64,000 bases of DNA, taken from the NCBI GenBank assembly GCA_003344405.1, contig NOWV01000174.1, positions 62,001 through 126,000 on the forward strand, in the 5' to 3' direction. The notes under the pieces are model-generated. The model searched no databases. It saw nothing but the letters and a program-made list of their open reading frames with translations, and had not been told where the DNA came from. Shown one piece after another: positions 1-14,000 of the stretch. The stretch's first letter is position 1. Every line of letters starts with the position of its first letter. Source of the DNA: Trichoplax sp. H2 (Eukaryota). Made by a program: the position numbers and the translations under genes.

Positions 1-992
1 ACCGCAAGAGGTAAACTATAGTGCTCTCTATTGATTACCATATACAACAGAACGCAGCAGTAAAACGTGCATTGGTACTACGGTAGTTATCGATATGGTA
101 CGTTTATTAACCGAGATTATACTTCATAATAATGGAATCTATGGACTTTGTAAAATGTAGATACTGTCAAAAGACAGCGTAACTGTTGCTGTGGACGCAG
201 TCGTTTATTTCCGAATCTTTGATCCGACGATGTCTGTTACTAACGTTGCCGATGCAGATCGTTCCACGAAACTATTAGCACAAACAACCCTAAGAAATGT
301 TTTGGGTACTAAAAATTTGACTGAAGTTTTAGCTGACAGAGAACAAATTAGTCATTATATGCAGGTAAGAAAATATTTATTTTCTTAGAAGATCTACTTA
401 CTGTTGAGTGTATTTGTAGTTAAATTAATATTTTCGTCTGGTAGTCCATCTTTGGCCAATATGTCTAAAACTAGAAGATAACAAATTATGAATTGACTTG
501 TCGATTGGTTTTTAACATTGCTATTTTATTTGACAAAAAGACTACATTAGATTCAGCTACCGATGTTTGGGGAGTAAAAGTCGAACGTGTAGAAGTAAAG
601 GATGTCCGCCTTCCAGTACAACTCCAACGCGCTATGGCCGCCGAGGCGGAAGCTACACGAGAGGCTAGAGCTAAGGTACTGTATGCTATTATAATTTCAC
701 AAATGAAAGTACAAAAAATAGTAATGCTCATCGACTTGTTTGCGTTTAGGTTATTGCGGCTGAAGGTGAACAAAACGCTTCAAGAGCATTTAAGGAAGCT
801 GCTGATGTAATATCTGCATCGCCTGCTGCCCTTCAGTTACGTTATATGCAAACATTATCCCAGATTGCATCGGAAAAGAACTCAACAATTATATTCCCAT
901 TGCCCATTGAATTCATGAAAGGTTTCATGGGTAATGAACAACCTTCGCAGGATCAAACTATGGTGAAGGCGCCTTCAGTTTCTAAACTTTAA
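1..992 (+). CDS. Stomatin / band-7 (SPFH) family protein, 3' part; exons ..1-10, 161-364, 541-675, 750-992
   Basis: Spliced translation: PQE|ILSKDSVTVAVDAVVYFRIFDP...AQTTLRNVLGTKNLTEVLADRE..|TTLDSATDVWGVKVERVEVKDVRLPVQLQRAMAAEAEATREARAK|VIAAEGEQNASRAL...LQLRYMQTLSQIASEKNSTIIFPLPIE...KL*. These are stomatin signature motifs. Introns are GT-AG; stop TAA at 990-992. Confidence 0.95.
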
Positions 993-3658
993 CTCGTGTT
1001 ATGATAATTTGATAATCTATAATGGAAGCCAATTAATGGTACTTTGACATGTTTTGTTAACTAGCCGTTAAAATTCAAGGTAAAGGTGAAGTCCTAACAT
1101 TTTCATTGCTGATTTATGAAGGCATATAGCATAGCTAAAGCTATTCTTTGGTGTAACGGTCTTCCCTATTTCTAGCCACTTAAAAGCTTACTTAGGTAGA
1201 TATCTATAAAGTGTCGTGTACTGGCTCAACTTCGATAGCTTTATATTATCTAGTCATCATCATGTTGTAATGAAATGGCTGTTTCATCGTAGACTCAATA
1301 CTAACTGTAGTAATTATCTTAACCATCTTATTCACTTACTGCGTAATACAGTAAATTGTTCTGAATGCGTGCGTATGTTATCGAATAGCGTGATAGTTTT
1401 GACATTGTACGCCCCTAATGTACCTATGATTTCTCAATTTAAGTGGCTCAATAAAATATACGAATTCCTAAATAAAATAATTCATTTAAAGATTTTCTTG
1501 AATCTATTGGATTATTCAAAGAGAATTGGATGTATTAATCATGCCATGAAAGTAATTTCAGTAAACAGTTCTGAATTTTCGATCTGTCAGTGTTAAGGCA
1601 GAGAAGCAGCCGCTTAACTTCTGTATCTCATTGTCACGAAAGTAATCTTCGGGACGTATACTTTATTTCTATGTTACGTTCTATATATGTTCATATCTCA
1701 GAAATGTTTTACGGTCTCCTTAATTGTAACTATAGTGGTTAACAGTCGATATCCTTAATTTAGGATTACGTAGACTAAAGTAGTAATCGCCAACCAGTTA
1801 AACTAGATTGTTGTATCTATCACCTCCAAAGTTCTCAAGGCTCAAACTACAATTTCTAAGTTTAGAGGAAATATCTTAGTAGGATAGCTTTGTATGTATC
1901 TGTTAAACTATGATTAAAGCTTTGATTATTTTAAAAATTGATACAGTAAATTTAATAGGATATTTGCCTTGGAATATCAATTGATTGCTATTCCAAATAG
2001 CAGTAGTACAGGATAGAAATTAAGCTCTCAATCCTTGTTGCAGGTTAGGGCTATTACCTAGCTCTTAACACTCATGAATACGGTTTCAATGCGCATGGTG
2101 ACCGATCATACTTGCACAGATAGGAATACTGATCGTAACACCAGACATAATTTTACATGGTTGCTGTTAGATACAAAATGATCATATCCAACGAAGTATC
2201 AGTCACAGCATTGGATTTGCTTAGTGAAAGCTTGTATTACATATTTTCAAGATAGTAATAGTAAGCAAATTCGCTATTATGTCTGGTTAGATAAAATATC
2301 AAGGTACGAATATACTTATATGTAGATAATTGAATCAGCAACTGCTGCTCAGTATCAGGGTAAGCCTGTTTTAGGTATTTTATACACTGATAAAGGTTGC
2401 TATTGATATATCAGTTACAAGTACTTTTGCTGTTTTGTTCCTGTTCGTTACTAAATGCGATTTAGTTCTGTAATATTATATTTACGTACATGATATGTAC
2501 AGATTACGAAACTGTTATTGTTACTCCGAGAGGGCATCATAAATTTTTAAAACGCATTTCTGGGAAGTTTATATTGTACATGTATCAAGGTCAAGTGTAC
2601 TATATGTTATGGCGATAAATATGTGGTCGGTAAAGAAAAATAAGTGGCCATTGCGATATTTCTACGTAATTGCATCATTGTTCTTGGTTATCACATGTAT
2701 GAATATTTCGATTATTAATAATTAAATCTTTATAATATTGATACCATTATCAATTTTTTAAACTTTAAGATTTTTCTATTTGGATAATGACTACAGCTAT
2801 ACGAATGTAAAATAATAATTACTGATATTTTATTGGCACTCTTCATAATATAATACGATCCTGACATAGGCGAATTGTGGAAACTAAGTTTTTCACGATA
2901 TTATGACAATATACTGTATGGGTAGGCATGTATTTATCTACCACTATATGAATGAATATTTATATATCCTTACTATCATCAACTGATTTCAAGGCCTCAA
3001 ATTTATCGCCTTTCTTGTAGTTAAGCTTCTGCCAACCACTTTAACTTTTCCATTTGCATGATTACCACTATAATGCATACGTTAAGTAATGATAATAACT
3101 GGTATTTTAACTAATATCTAGAAGCTGTATTATTCTTTTTTAGAAATAATTGTAATAGCTAAACTTTAAGATATTACCGCTATCCTAATTAGCCGTCTGT
3201 ATTATAACTATGCGTTATTATTGCACATAATTATTCATAAATAGTTTGTGAGACATCGCACGTATCCTATGCCTTGATGATCATACCTTTATCATGATGA
3301 TAACATACTCTTAACGACTTAACGGCAATATTTATCACACCTCCGTAGCGTAGTAAACGAAATCTAATGATGAGTAGCCTAGCCAAAAACACTATTGTCT
3401 TATTTGTTATTATAAGATACCTTGAATAATGTAGCATAACTGCCTAATCATCGGCATAGTATGACTATTCTAAACACAACTATGCTTGATGCCTAAGTTG
3501 CGGCAATAGTTGAAGGATGTTATAGTAGAAACGTCAAAATTAATGCAAGTGAAGGGTGGACTGGATTGAAACACAATTAAAAGTTGCATATTTTTAACAG
3601 TATGGCACTGTGCAACACCGTAGCTATAGAGAATTATTCAATCAAATAAAGAATAACA

Positions 3659-3671
3659 GTCGCTTAGCAAC
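3659..3671. promoter_or_regulatory. Candidate RFX X-box upstream of the TPC-like gene
   Basis: GTCGCTTAGCAAC fits the RFX consensus GTNRCY-N(0-3)-RGYAAC. It lies about 1.36 kb upstream of the ATG. A likely 5'UTR donor (GTAAGT, ~4144) and an acceptor (~5025) lie between, so the TSS may be nearby. Confidence 0.45.
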
Positions 3672-5032
3672 CAAATCGGTTGGATTTCCATTAGAAGTAA
3701 TCTTACTCATACGATAGGTTATAACAATTGCAGATATAGAGACAATAGAAAAATAACAAATAAAATAATTTATTATGATCACGTTAGATAAGACAATGCT
3801 TTGTCTTTAAAGTCATTGTCATTTAACTGATAAATAATTTATGCATGGAATATTAAGCAACTTTGTATTTTTTCTTCACTCTTTCTCCCGTATTTTATCT
3901 TATATCCTTTGTACTAGTCGCTGGCTGTATAGAAAACACTGTCTACATTTATGTGGACACATATAGTATATGATTTAGTACAAGTAATGAAAATGGGCAA
4001 AATAGCCTAAAAAGCAGTAAAACAATTATTTTGCAACAAGACATAACTAACGACGAAATATTATTAATTGGTATCCTAAAATTTTTTCTATTATTCTATT
4101 TCTAAATTTGTTATCAATATTCAATCAACGACAACGACATTGAGTAAGTTTTTTTCTGCAAATGTAAAGATCGATCAATTAATAGAATAGGTGTAAGGGT
4201 TGATTCTTTCTATATCTGATAATAAGCGTATGCATTTAGCCATCGATTAGTTCCATTATAACATTCATACAGGTTGCTTTAAATAACAGAAAATTAAACT
4301 AAGTCTACAGTAGTTCAAGAATCCAGTGTTATATCATCGATATTTAACATCTTTTTCTAATATGTTATCGAATACAAAATTAAATTTGCTGCTAAATATA
4401 ATATGAGATGAAACTTATAGCACATCTTATCTATAGACTATAGTTAAGGTTCCTAAAATATTTAATCATCGCCTTTACGTATATGCAGAAACCTTTTTGA
4501 TTTTCCGATTAAATTTATCTAGACTTAAAGGCAACCATTGCTTACCTTTATAAATGTGATCAGCTTTCGACATTGATGCAAGCAGTTGTCGATTACAGCT
4601 TTAATATGCGATAAGAGAGATCTTACTGTTTATTTATGACTATGAATATTCCATTTACTAAATATATCCTATAAATTAAGCCAAATTATTTTCTAGTTTA
4701 TTCCTATAATTTTCCTTGATTACAGTACTGCAAGTTTTTTTCTTTAATATTGCATTCTGATAAACGAAATTGAATTCATCACAGATTCCAAGTCTACGCC
4801 AGATACTGCTTTATTTATTTCTAGCTTGAAACTTCCGTTAGCTCGTCGGAACTAACTGTAGAGTATCAAGATTGTGTTATAAACAAAATCTTGTATGAAA
4901 ATAGAATCAAACTGCGAAGGTTCGATCAACTACATCATCGCCTTGTATTTTGTCGATATTATAAATAGTACTGATTAGCAAAGTAATTACTGTCTATTTC
5001 CATTGCATTCAATTCAGGCTTGCAGGTATAAA

Positions 5033-8000
5033 ATGCCAAGAAACAGCGTTCACGATATCGAAGCTAACTGTATCGGCAGAAAAAATAATGTCTCCAATCA
5101 TAAACGGAAAAAATCTACAATTTCCGAGCCAGTTAGCAATCGCAATAGTATTGCGTCTTGGCTAGGACTTAATCAAGATAAGCATTTATTTCCTAATAGA
5201 AGTTTCGAACGTCGCCCATCTATCGAAAATTTTGGACGTATTGGATTTATTGTACCTGCTTTAGCATTAGTGCCTAAAGCAGACGGTGTAAGTAGTCTGA
5301 TATCACTTTAAATTAATAATTTTTTTTTTACATCTGGCTACAATATCATACCATAATCGAATAAAGCGTACTTAGTCAAACACAGCATAAACAGTATACT
5401 ACGTTACCGCCTGTAGAGACTAAAATACTCTATTCTATAAATGTATCATCCACTTCGACAAGATGATTTTTCTTCAGTAACACATCATTCATTAGGATTT
5501 AACGAGAACACAACACCATATCATAAACAGAGTATTGAATTATCTTTAAAATAACATTATTCTAGGGCTAAAAGGTGATAACAATTTCATGACTTCTTCA
5601 TTAAGTTTTATACCTGTAGAGGAAGTCAGTCGCATGGCATTCATCATTAATAATCAAATACTGCTAATCATTAGATTACCTTTATTCTTATACTAATATT
5701 AGAAATCTATCCAAATTGATTGGATAATTCGTATCAATCGAAAAGAATCACTGGGCTAGTTATGATATTACCTCAACTTAACTGTTCAATAACACCATAT
5801 GGAAATAATCATTACGCATAATCGCTTACATAAGGATAGAAATTCAGGAGTTAGTAGTTTGATAATTTCGTATCTTAAAGCAATATCACTAGCTTTTTCA
5901 CTAATTCTGATATCTGTATGGAGGCTATAGACTATTAATTGATTAACAGGCCAGATCTCTTATTTAAAGAACTTACTTAGTGAAAATAGTGAATTGGAAA
6001 CAAACTTAAAACGTGCCTTTGTTAAATCCAATTACCTTCTTAGAAACATCGAGTAAAGGAAGATCTGATAGTGGATAAACTCTTTATCTCCAGTACAATT
6101 ATGTTTAACCGTCACGCATTTTTTAACATTTATAGTTCGTTCTAGTATTAAATCGATTGTAATCATTAAACGACCGTATCATAGCTATAACCTACAAGCT
6201 TTAATATCTTGCGAATTATCTTGCTATGAAATCGGGTAAAACATTGAATACTGTTATCGTTTACGAAATTCCCGTAGACAATGTTTCGGTATAGATATCA
6301 TATACGATTTTTGAAGTACTTCAATATTATCAGCATTTAGAGTCGGTTAGTCCATCTTCGCAGTAAAGTTATAAAATTTAAAATTATCTTTAATATCAAT
6401 ACTAGACCGAGTTAATATCGATAAATGCTATGGAGTATCTCACTACTAACGAATAGTTTCCGTCGGACCTAGAAGATGAATTAATATTGCCATAGTCCAA
6501 ATTTTTTTAAGCGATTATCGCTAATATTGTCCAATTTAATTTGGAAATTCTTTTTTCTTTTTACATCGGAATGGGATTCGATTAAATTATTTTAGAAAGA
6601 TGAATTTACTAGAAAATTTGACTTATTACAAAATGAAGAACGTCAACTCAAATTAGCGGCGGCACATATTGACGATGCCTTAAATCTAAGGTAGCGGATA
6701 AGATAAAATATACGATTACTATTGTAAGATTACATTTAAGCTATTATTGCACAATCGTTGTATAAGTAGTTGCTTTCAAGATTGGGTTTAACAATTATAG
6801 AAGCAATATTAAGACATAGTAGCTGTAGTTGATAACTTGATAGCTTATATTCAACAGGTATTTTTTACCTACAACGATCGGTATTCATTCGTTAAAAATC
6901 ATATTGCGTTTAACTAACCAATTAATGGAGCTAATTACCTGTTTTCTCTATTTATCACTTAAATGCGAATAGAGGTCGCTATGGCAAAGCTAGAGCTATG
7001 TTTAAACCTAAAACAGCTAGACTATGCTTCGAAATCTTTACTAGTAAATGGTTTTTATTTCTTGTGTATGTCAATATCATACTACATACGGCATTGCAGT
7101 TTGCTGAGCCGCCATCAGTGAAGTAAGCCTGATATAATTAATCTTTAATATGTATCTATTATTTCTTCTATTTTCACCGATTGTCCCGTTGCAATTTGCA
7201 ATCTAGTATTTCTTTTGGCATTGTTATGCTTATTTAATGCTTTATTAATGACATTTTATTAGGGAGACCTATCCTGTAGTTATCGCTTTAAATGCAGTAT
7301 GTATCCTCATCTATGTCGTGGATGTTTCACTGCAAATAGTATTTTATACGCCACACGTATTTTGGCAGTTAGATGAAATATTTTGGAGACGGTAAATTAA
7401 AATTCTAATTGCTTTATATATGATTTCATTCGTTAGTGATAGATAAACTTTCGTTTTGCTAATATCAATTTTACCAATTGTTATAACACTATGATTTTTT
7501 TAATTCTACAGAGTGGAATTTGTCTTCACGGTCTTGTTTACAATTGATTTTATTTGCCTCAATATCAACGTGCATACCGAAGCAGTAAGTATCTTGACGA
7601 TCCGATACTAAATAGAAAATTAATTTAAAAATGAGTGAATAATGCAGTACGCTAATTTATCATGCGCTAATTGATCATTTAAGCCATAAGATGGCTAAAA
7701 ATTAATTATGTAACTCAGAACACCGCAAACCAATATGTTTCGTTTAATCGCCTAACAGATTAATTTACTATTAATTCATAAACAATCACAACATCAATTA
7801 TTGGGTTTTGAGTCGCGAAGTAATGAAGTATTAACGCAACCCCCGGCTGTATTTTTGCATTACTATATTAGTAGCCACTACTATTAGTTTTTGAGATCAT
7901 TTGGTCCATAGAAATTTTAAATTAACATTACAAGATTCAATATCCCTAGCTGGCTGAAATTACTGCTATATCCAGAAACAATTTTCAATTCTATATGCAT

Positions 8001-11000
8001 ACATCCACAAGAAATATACGTAATCCCTATTTGCGGCAAAGGAGTTCTTTCTAATATAAATACAGTTTTTTAAGTATATAACGATCTAGTTTGAAGTATT
8101 ATACTATGTAAAAATAAGAATTAGTGATATACTCGTATATCATTCAATTACCATCGTAAATTAAAAATCATAGTTTCTTTAGTTAGATGCAACTTTTGAA
8201 AGGAAATCGAAGCAATCTCCGCATGAAAAGTAAACGATTCATTAGCCTAGCTTCGTCTTAGGAATATATATTAAATAACCATTCTCTTATTCTTTAATAT
8301 CGATAACATTACCTGATTTAATATAAAAAAACAGCCAGTGTTCAATATTAAATGATTTACTTTTTAACTAGCATATTCATGCAACAAGTCGTCGCATTTT
8401 ATAAATTTTATTGATTTCCAATTAACAGTATGTTCCACAAGTATTTCGATGCCTCCGAAGTTTGGGATTGATTTGCAAATCACATAATGTTTCCCATATC
8501 TTAGAGGTATTTCAGATTGTTTGGCCATAATTTTTAATACAAATTAGAGATCGACAAAACATTACAATCTATAGCTAATCGACGTACGTCATCTATTCGA
8601 AATCTAGGTTTTACTATCTATTCTGAAAAAGCTCGGAAGTGTAAGTTTAAATTTAAATAGTTCACTTTACTTGGCTTAAATAGATTATAAAATAAGTCAG
8701 AAATGATTCAAAAGAACACTTTTCACCATAAAGTGAAATAACATTCAATTTTGTGCGTAGGTATTTGTCACGACATTCTTCTTCATCTTAATATTTGCGG
8801 CTATTGGAATTCATACGCTTTCTGGATTTTATCATTGTCCAGGGTAAGATTCTAACATTACATGATTTTTTCGTACAAAGATATATTAAAGATTGCTAAA
8901 GCTTAACACGCATAGTTTCTATAATATCAAATATATGGTACAGATTACTTGCGATTTGAAATAGGGTGATTTCCTTTATGGGAGTCTTAAAACTACATTA
9001 AATAAAATTTATATCGCAAATGATTTATGTGATTATCAATGCACAATGTAAATATATGGCCATGACTAATAATATCATACGTCCAATAAATAGTTTTGAT
9101 ACTGTAAAATGTATAATTTAAATATCATATAGAAACATGATATCTGTTTATATGGTACGTATGCTATTCATTTACTTTCAATTAGTTAAATTATGCTTTA
9201 CGTAGGATTTCTGCGATATCAAATATGTAAATTAAATTTTATAGAGGATATCTATCTTCACTTAAATATATGTCATATATAAGAAATTCTATCATCTTAT
9301 TATTGTATGTTTTATTTTTTTAGATATGTATTAATATTTATACAGGGTAGCTTATTAAATGGAGTATTTTTCTAATATTTTTTCGCTAATTTTGTAATTC
9401 TGTCCTAGACTTAACAGCACCGCTGGTATGAATGTATCTGCTTTGACTAACTGTTCCGTGGGCTCGTTTAATAATGGAATCTACATAGGGTAAATAATAT
9501 ATGCATCATGGCCAACTAATAGTATAATGGAACTAATGCTATGGAAAATTAATTGAACATAAAATCAATTTTAATAATGTACCTATTCAATACCTTTATT
9601 TACAAAATTATAGGTTCAACGTAATTATATTATTTTTTTTAATTATTAAATAGAGCTTTCGATAACATTGCCATAGCTTTTCTTCGCCTCTTCGTATTAC
9701 TAACAACGGAAAACTATCCAGTAAGTTGTCCGCCTGTCACAAACCAGCTTCGTGACAAGATAACGTAAAACAAATCTCTAAATTACTATAGTCTCCGGGA
9801 TTCAGTATCCCTTAACTACCTCACAAGAATTTAGACGCCTTTGATTCTACATTAAAACAACTATACAATTGAGAACTACTTTATTCAACTATCTGACGGG
9901 CTTATATACCCTTCTACAGCAGTTAACATTCACGAGTCATCTTATAAAAATACTTAGGTGAGAACATCTACTAACTAATTTTTTACAGTCGGACTACAAT
10001 ATGTCCATTCACAGAATCATTTCAGAGCATATTACAGCACAGCATTTAATTTACTTTAACACATTTATAATTAGAGTAATTCGTATTGTAAGTAACTAGT
10101 TGTAATATATTATCACTATATTATATTAACTAAATTTAGATAGCTATTTCTTCACGGTAGTTCGTACCGTGACACCGCCCTATTTACTGTTAGATTACTT
10201 GTTACGGTACCCTACAATAATTGCCTCGATCCATCTCTTAATACATCACCTGAAATTATAACTATAGGATATAATGATCCCAGCATACGATGTTAGTGCT
10301 ATACATGTTGCCTATTTTTGGATTTTCGTCATTCTGGGAGTATTCTTCTTGACCGCTATCCTGTTAGCTATTATCGTTGATAGCTATTGGTGAGATATAG
10401 TTACAAAATTTGTAAAAATTAAGTGCAATACCTTGTGTAATCATTTGATAAATAATTTTACTAAAGTGCTACTACAATAGTGTCGTAATTCATCTTTGTA
10501 AGCACTGGTTGTCAGATACTAACAACGTCGTTCAATAATGACAGGGAATTTTCCAAGAAGCATGTGAAAAAGGAAAGAACTCGAGAAAGGGCAGAATTAG
10601 CTAAAGCGTGGAATTTGATTGATCCTCTTGGTCAAGGTATATTGCAAGATTTCTTAGTCTCGTACAAATTGGAATAGATATCCCATCAGGCTGGATTGGA
10701 GTTTATTACTTATGATATTAAATCGATTAACTTATCCAATAAACTTTTTCTATGATTAATTAATTATAGGAGCTTTACCGGCTAGCGATCAAATCTTTAC
10801 TGACCTATTTAAATTATTAAAACCTAAAGTAAGTCGTCAATAAAATCTATTCTCTTTACTATTTTAGAATCTTCATGAATATAACCAGCAACTAAAAGCA
10901 AATGAAATTTCGAATTTTAATTTATCTATGCCAAAAAATGCGATTAGCAAGAATTTGTAAATTACGTTTCCCATAAAATATGTATGGAACTAAAACTTTT

Positions 11001-14000
11001 AACGAATTTACCTGTCTATTTCCAGAACACCGACGATGAAAATTTAGAGCTGATTGATTATGTTGCTGAAAGAGGTCAGGAAGATATGATTGACTCTTAT
11101 TCATGGACGACGAGATTAAGAGATGTAAGTTAGCAATAGGAAGATTTGGAATTTTAGTATCTGATTTTCTAATGATTCTAATGATTCTGCTATGATTAAT
11201 CTATTTATTGTGACAATGGATAGGCATTAAGTTTTGAATTTGAACGAGAAAGTCAAATTGATGAACTCGTAAGTTAACATTAATTTTTCAATATTATTTT
11301 TTAGCTCATAATAGACTATTATATATTTTTTTCATACGGAAATGAATAGCATCATGATGCAAAAAATGATTAAAATCATTTTTCTGTCTTTCCTATAGAA
11401 TGATTTACCAAATTGCCCTCAGAAAGCCTTTCGCTTGATGCGACTTATTGTTCGCTCGTCGTACTTTTCCTATGCAACGCTTTCCTTAATATTTTTGCAT
11501 TGGTAATTTTAACTTAAAATTTTGATTAATGCAACCTAATTTTACTTCCCTAGATATATATATATATATATACACTAAATTAAAAAGATGATTAGTTTAT
11601 AATTTAAAATTGATTGGTTGCTTCTAGTGTACTGTTTGGTGTCCATTGGCGTGATATGAGCTCCTTGGCTATAGATATTGTCCAGTGTAAGTATTCTGAC
11701 GTATGAGTAATGCGTCTTAGCTTTATGATCGCCCTTCTGGTTTACATTGCTAGCTCACCAATTTAATGGGATTAGCTAGCGTGGCTAGTAGTATGTAAAA
11801 TTGACGATTCATCAAATTTTTGCGTATTCTATCAATGTAGACTCTTTTATTAAACAGATAAACTATTAAATGGATATATATTTCCAGCCTTTTATATATA
11901 TCTTGGTATTCAAATCTATAAAACTGCTAATACTCCTTAATCAAGATATTTTATATACTGTACTTTAGTGTATTAACATATAGTTTCAAGTTGATATAGA
12001 TGATAAGATTTTGTACACTAATTTCATAACTCTATCATTTTTCCATAGATATTCGAAGCGGTATTATTGGCATTCTTTTGGTAATTTTGACTTAATTAAT
12101 CTAAATGAGTATTATAAAGGTAGTGAAAGTTAACTAGATAATTCTCTCTATGTGTGATTAGATTGAATTAATCCTCAGGGTTTTGGCAGAAGGAAAAAAT
12201 CTCTTGGAACCAATGGAAATTTTAGATATTGTTTGTGTGAGTTGATACCAATATGTAGCTTTTAATCGTTGATGATCCTTTAAATTCTTGACGAGAAATG
12301 TATGAAAATTGATCCTCGGATCAGTTATAGCATTATTAGTGCGATTTTATTGCTATACCACGTATTCTACTTTTTTGGTTACCATATAGAATATAACCAG
12401 CATTGTAACCAACATTCTCTGGTATTTCATGCGTGATGAATATGGCCGAGGTGTTTGTATTGCTATTTCATCTGTGGCAATTATTATCCGATTGGCATTT
12501 AATTCAGTTCATGTAAGTAAAGGTAGAGCCTTATTTATTTAATTCTATCTATCCATATGAGATCTATGTATTCCTTATATTGCACTTATCATGATCGTGT
12601 CTTATAGACAAATCGAGCTGTCTCACTCTTTATCAAGATCTATCCGGTTATGTTTGATTTGATCCAGCTGGTAGCAATTATATTGTAAGTATTGAATCCC
12701 TTGAGAACTAAACGCAGATTTCTATCTATCGATGTACTGGATATAGTGAAATCTAATCGTTGTAAATAGGAGTAATTTTACAATTATCATAACAATTCTA
12801 TCACAGCAGTGCAAATACTAGACACACTAACTACCTGGATGCTATAAGTTAATTTTGCGAGCTGATTTACGATTATCGATCATTGATATAGTTTTTAGTA
12901 GTTAATCTGTGTAGAGTTCATAACTCCAAATTAGATGGCTTAAAATTCCTTGCTACTAATACCATTGTTGCATACAAAACTCAATTTGATTTAGTGCCGA
13001 TGCGTATTTAGCTTCACATATTGCGTATACTTGAACTTTGTTACCTATTCAGTATAATTTATTCTTTGGATTTCTGCTGACAGAGAATTTGCTTGATAAT
13101 ATAGATAGCGAATATTAAATTAATTCTGATTATTAATTCTTCACTTTTCAACGCTACCAATTCACAGGTGTGTTTTTGCTACTATTGGAATGGAAATATT
13201 TCGGCTGGATCAGTTACGGCATGGCTATAGTATAGATAAGAACTCAACCAATTGCGGTGTAGGATTCAACACTTTCGGGTATACTGTACTTTCTCTCTCT
13301 TTCAATATCGCACTCTTAAACTAGTAATGATCATGACATGGAGAAATTAAAATATCTTGACATTAAATAATGCAAACCAGATGTTCCTAATCCTGTCATA
13401 TTTCTATCTAACATCGCATAGCATAGCGATAATTGCTTGCTGTTTGTTTCCTTAGATGTTCCCTATTATCCGTTTTTCAAATTTTAACCACTAGCAACTG
13501 GCACGAAATCATGAATTCGGTAGATTTTCTGATTTTATAACTACGATATTCGATTTTGAATAGAATATACAGAAATCATAGCCTAGATCATAGTTAAATC
13601 TGTATATGATTGTTTGATTTAAATTACAACATCTGAGGTATGAAATATCGGCGAAATAATTGTTCTTAGAGTCAATTATATTCCGAGATATGGTTGAGGA
13701 ATATGATTCAGAATGGACAACTAAGATACAGTATTTACCGCCGAACTACTGTACAACTGCATATTAGGTTATAATTATTAATAAGAGCACATGCCGGTAG
13801 TCTAGAGAATTTTATTATATTCCTTTCGAGCTGTTAAGCAATTACTGAATCGCTCATCTTCAGCTTGCAATAGGAATAGATCGGAAAGTAAAGCAGTTTG
13901 ATTTATAAAAGTGTAACTAAACAGTCAGTATCAGATCTAGTTTTTAATCAAGCGGTACTTTATATGTCTTTAATCGTTCACAGATGATGATTCTGCAGAA

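Noticed and set aside
1216-1596. 126-aa ORF downstream of stomatin
   Set aside because: GTG start, composition typical of AT-rich non-coding DNA, no recognisable motif or exon structure.
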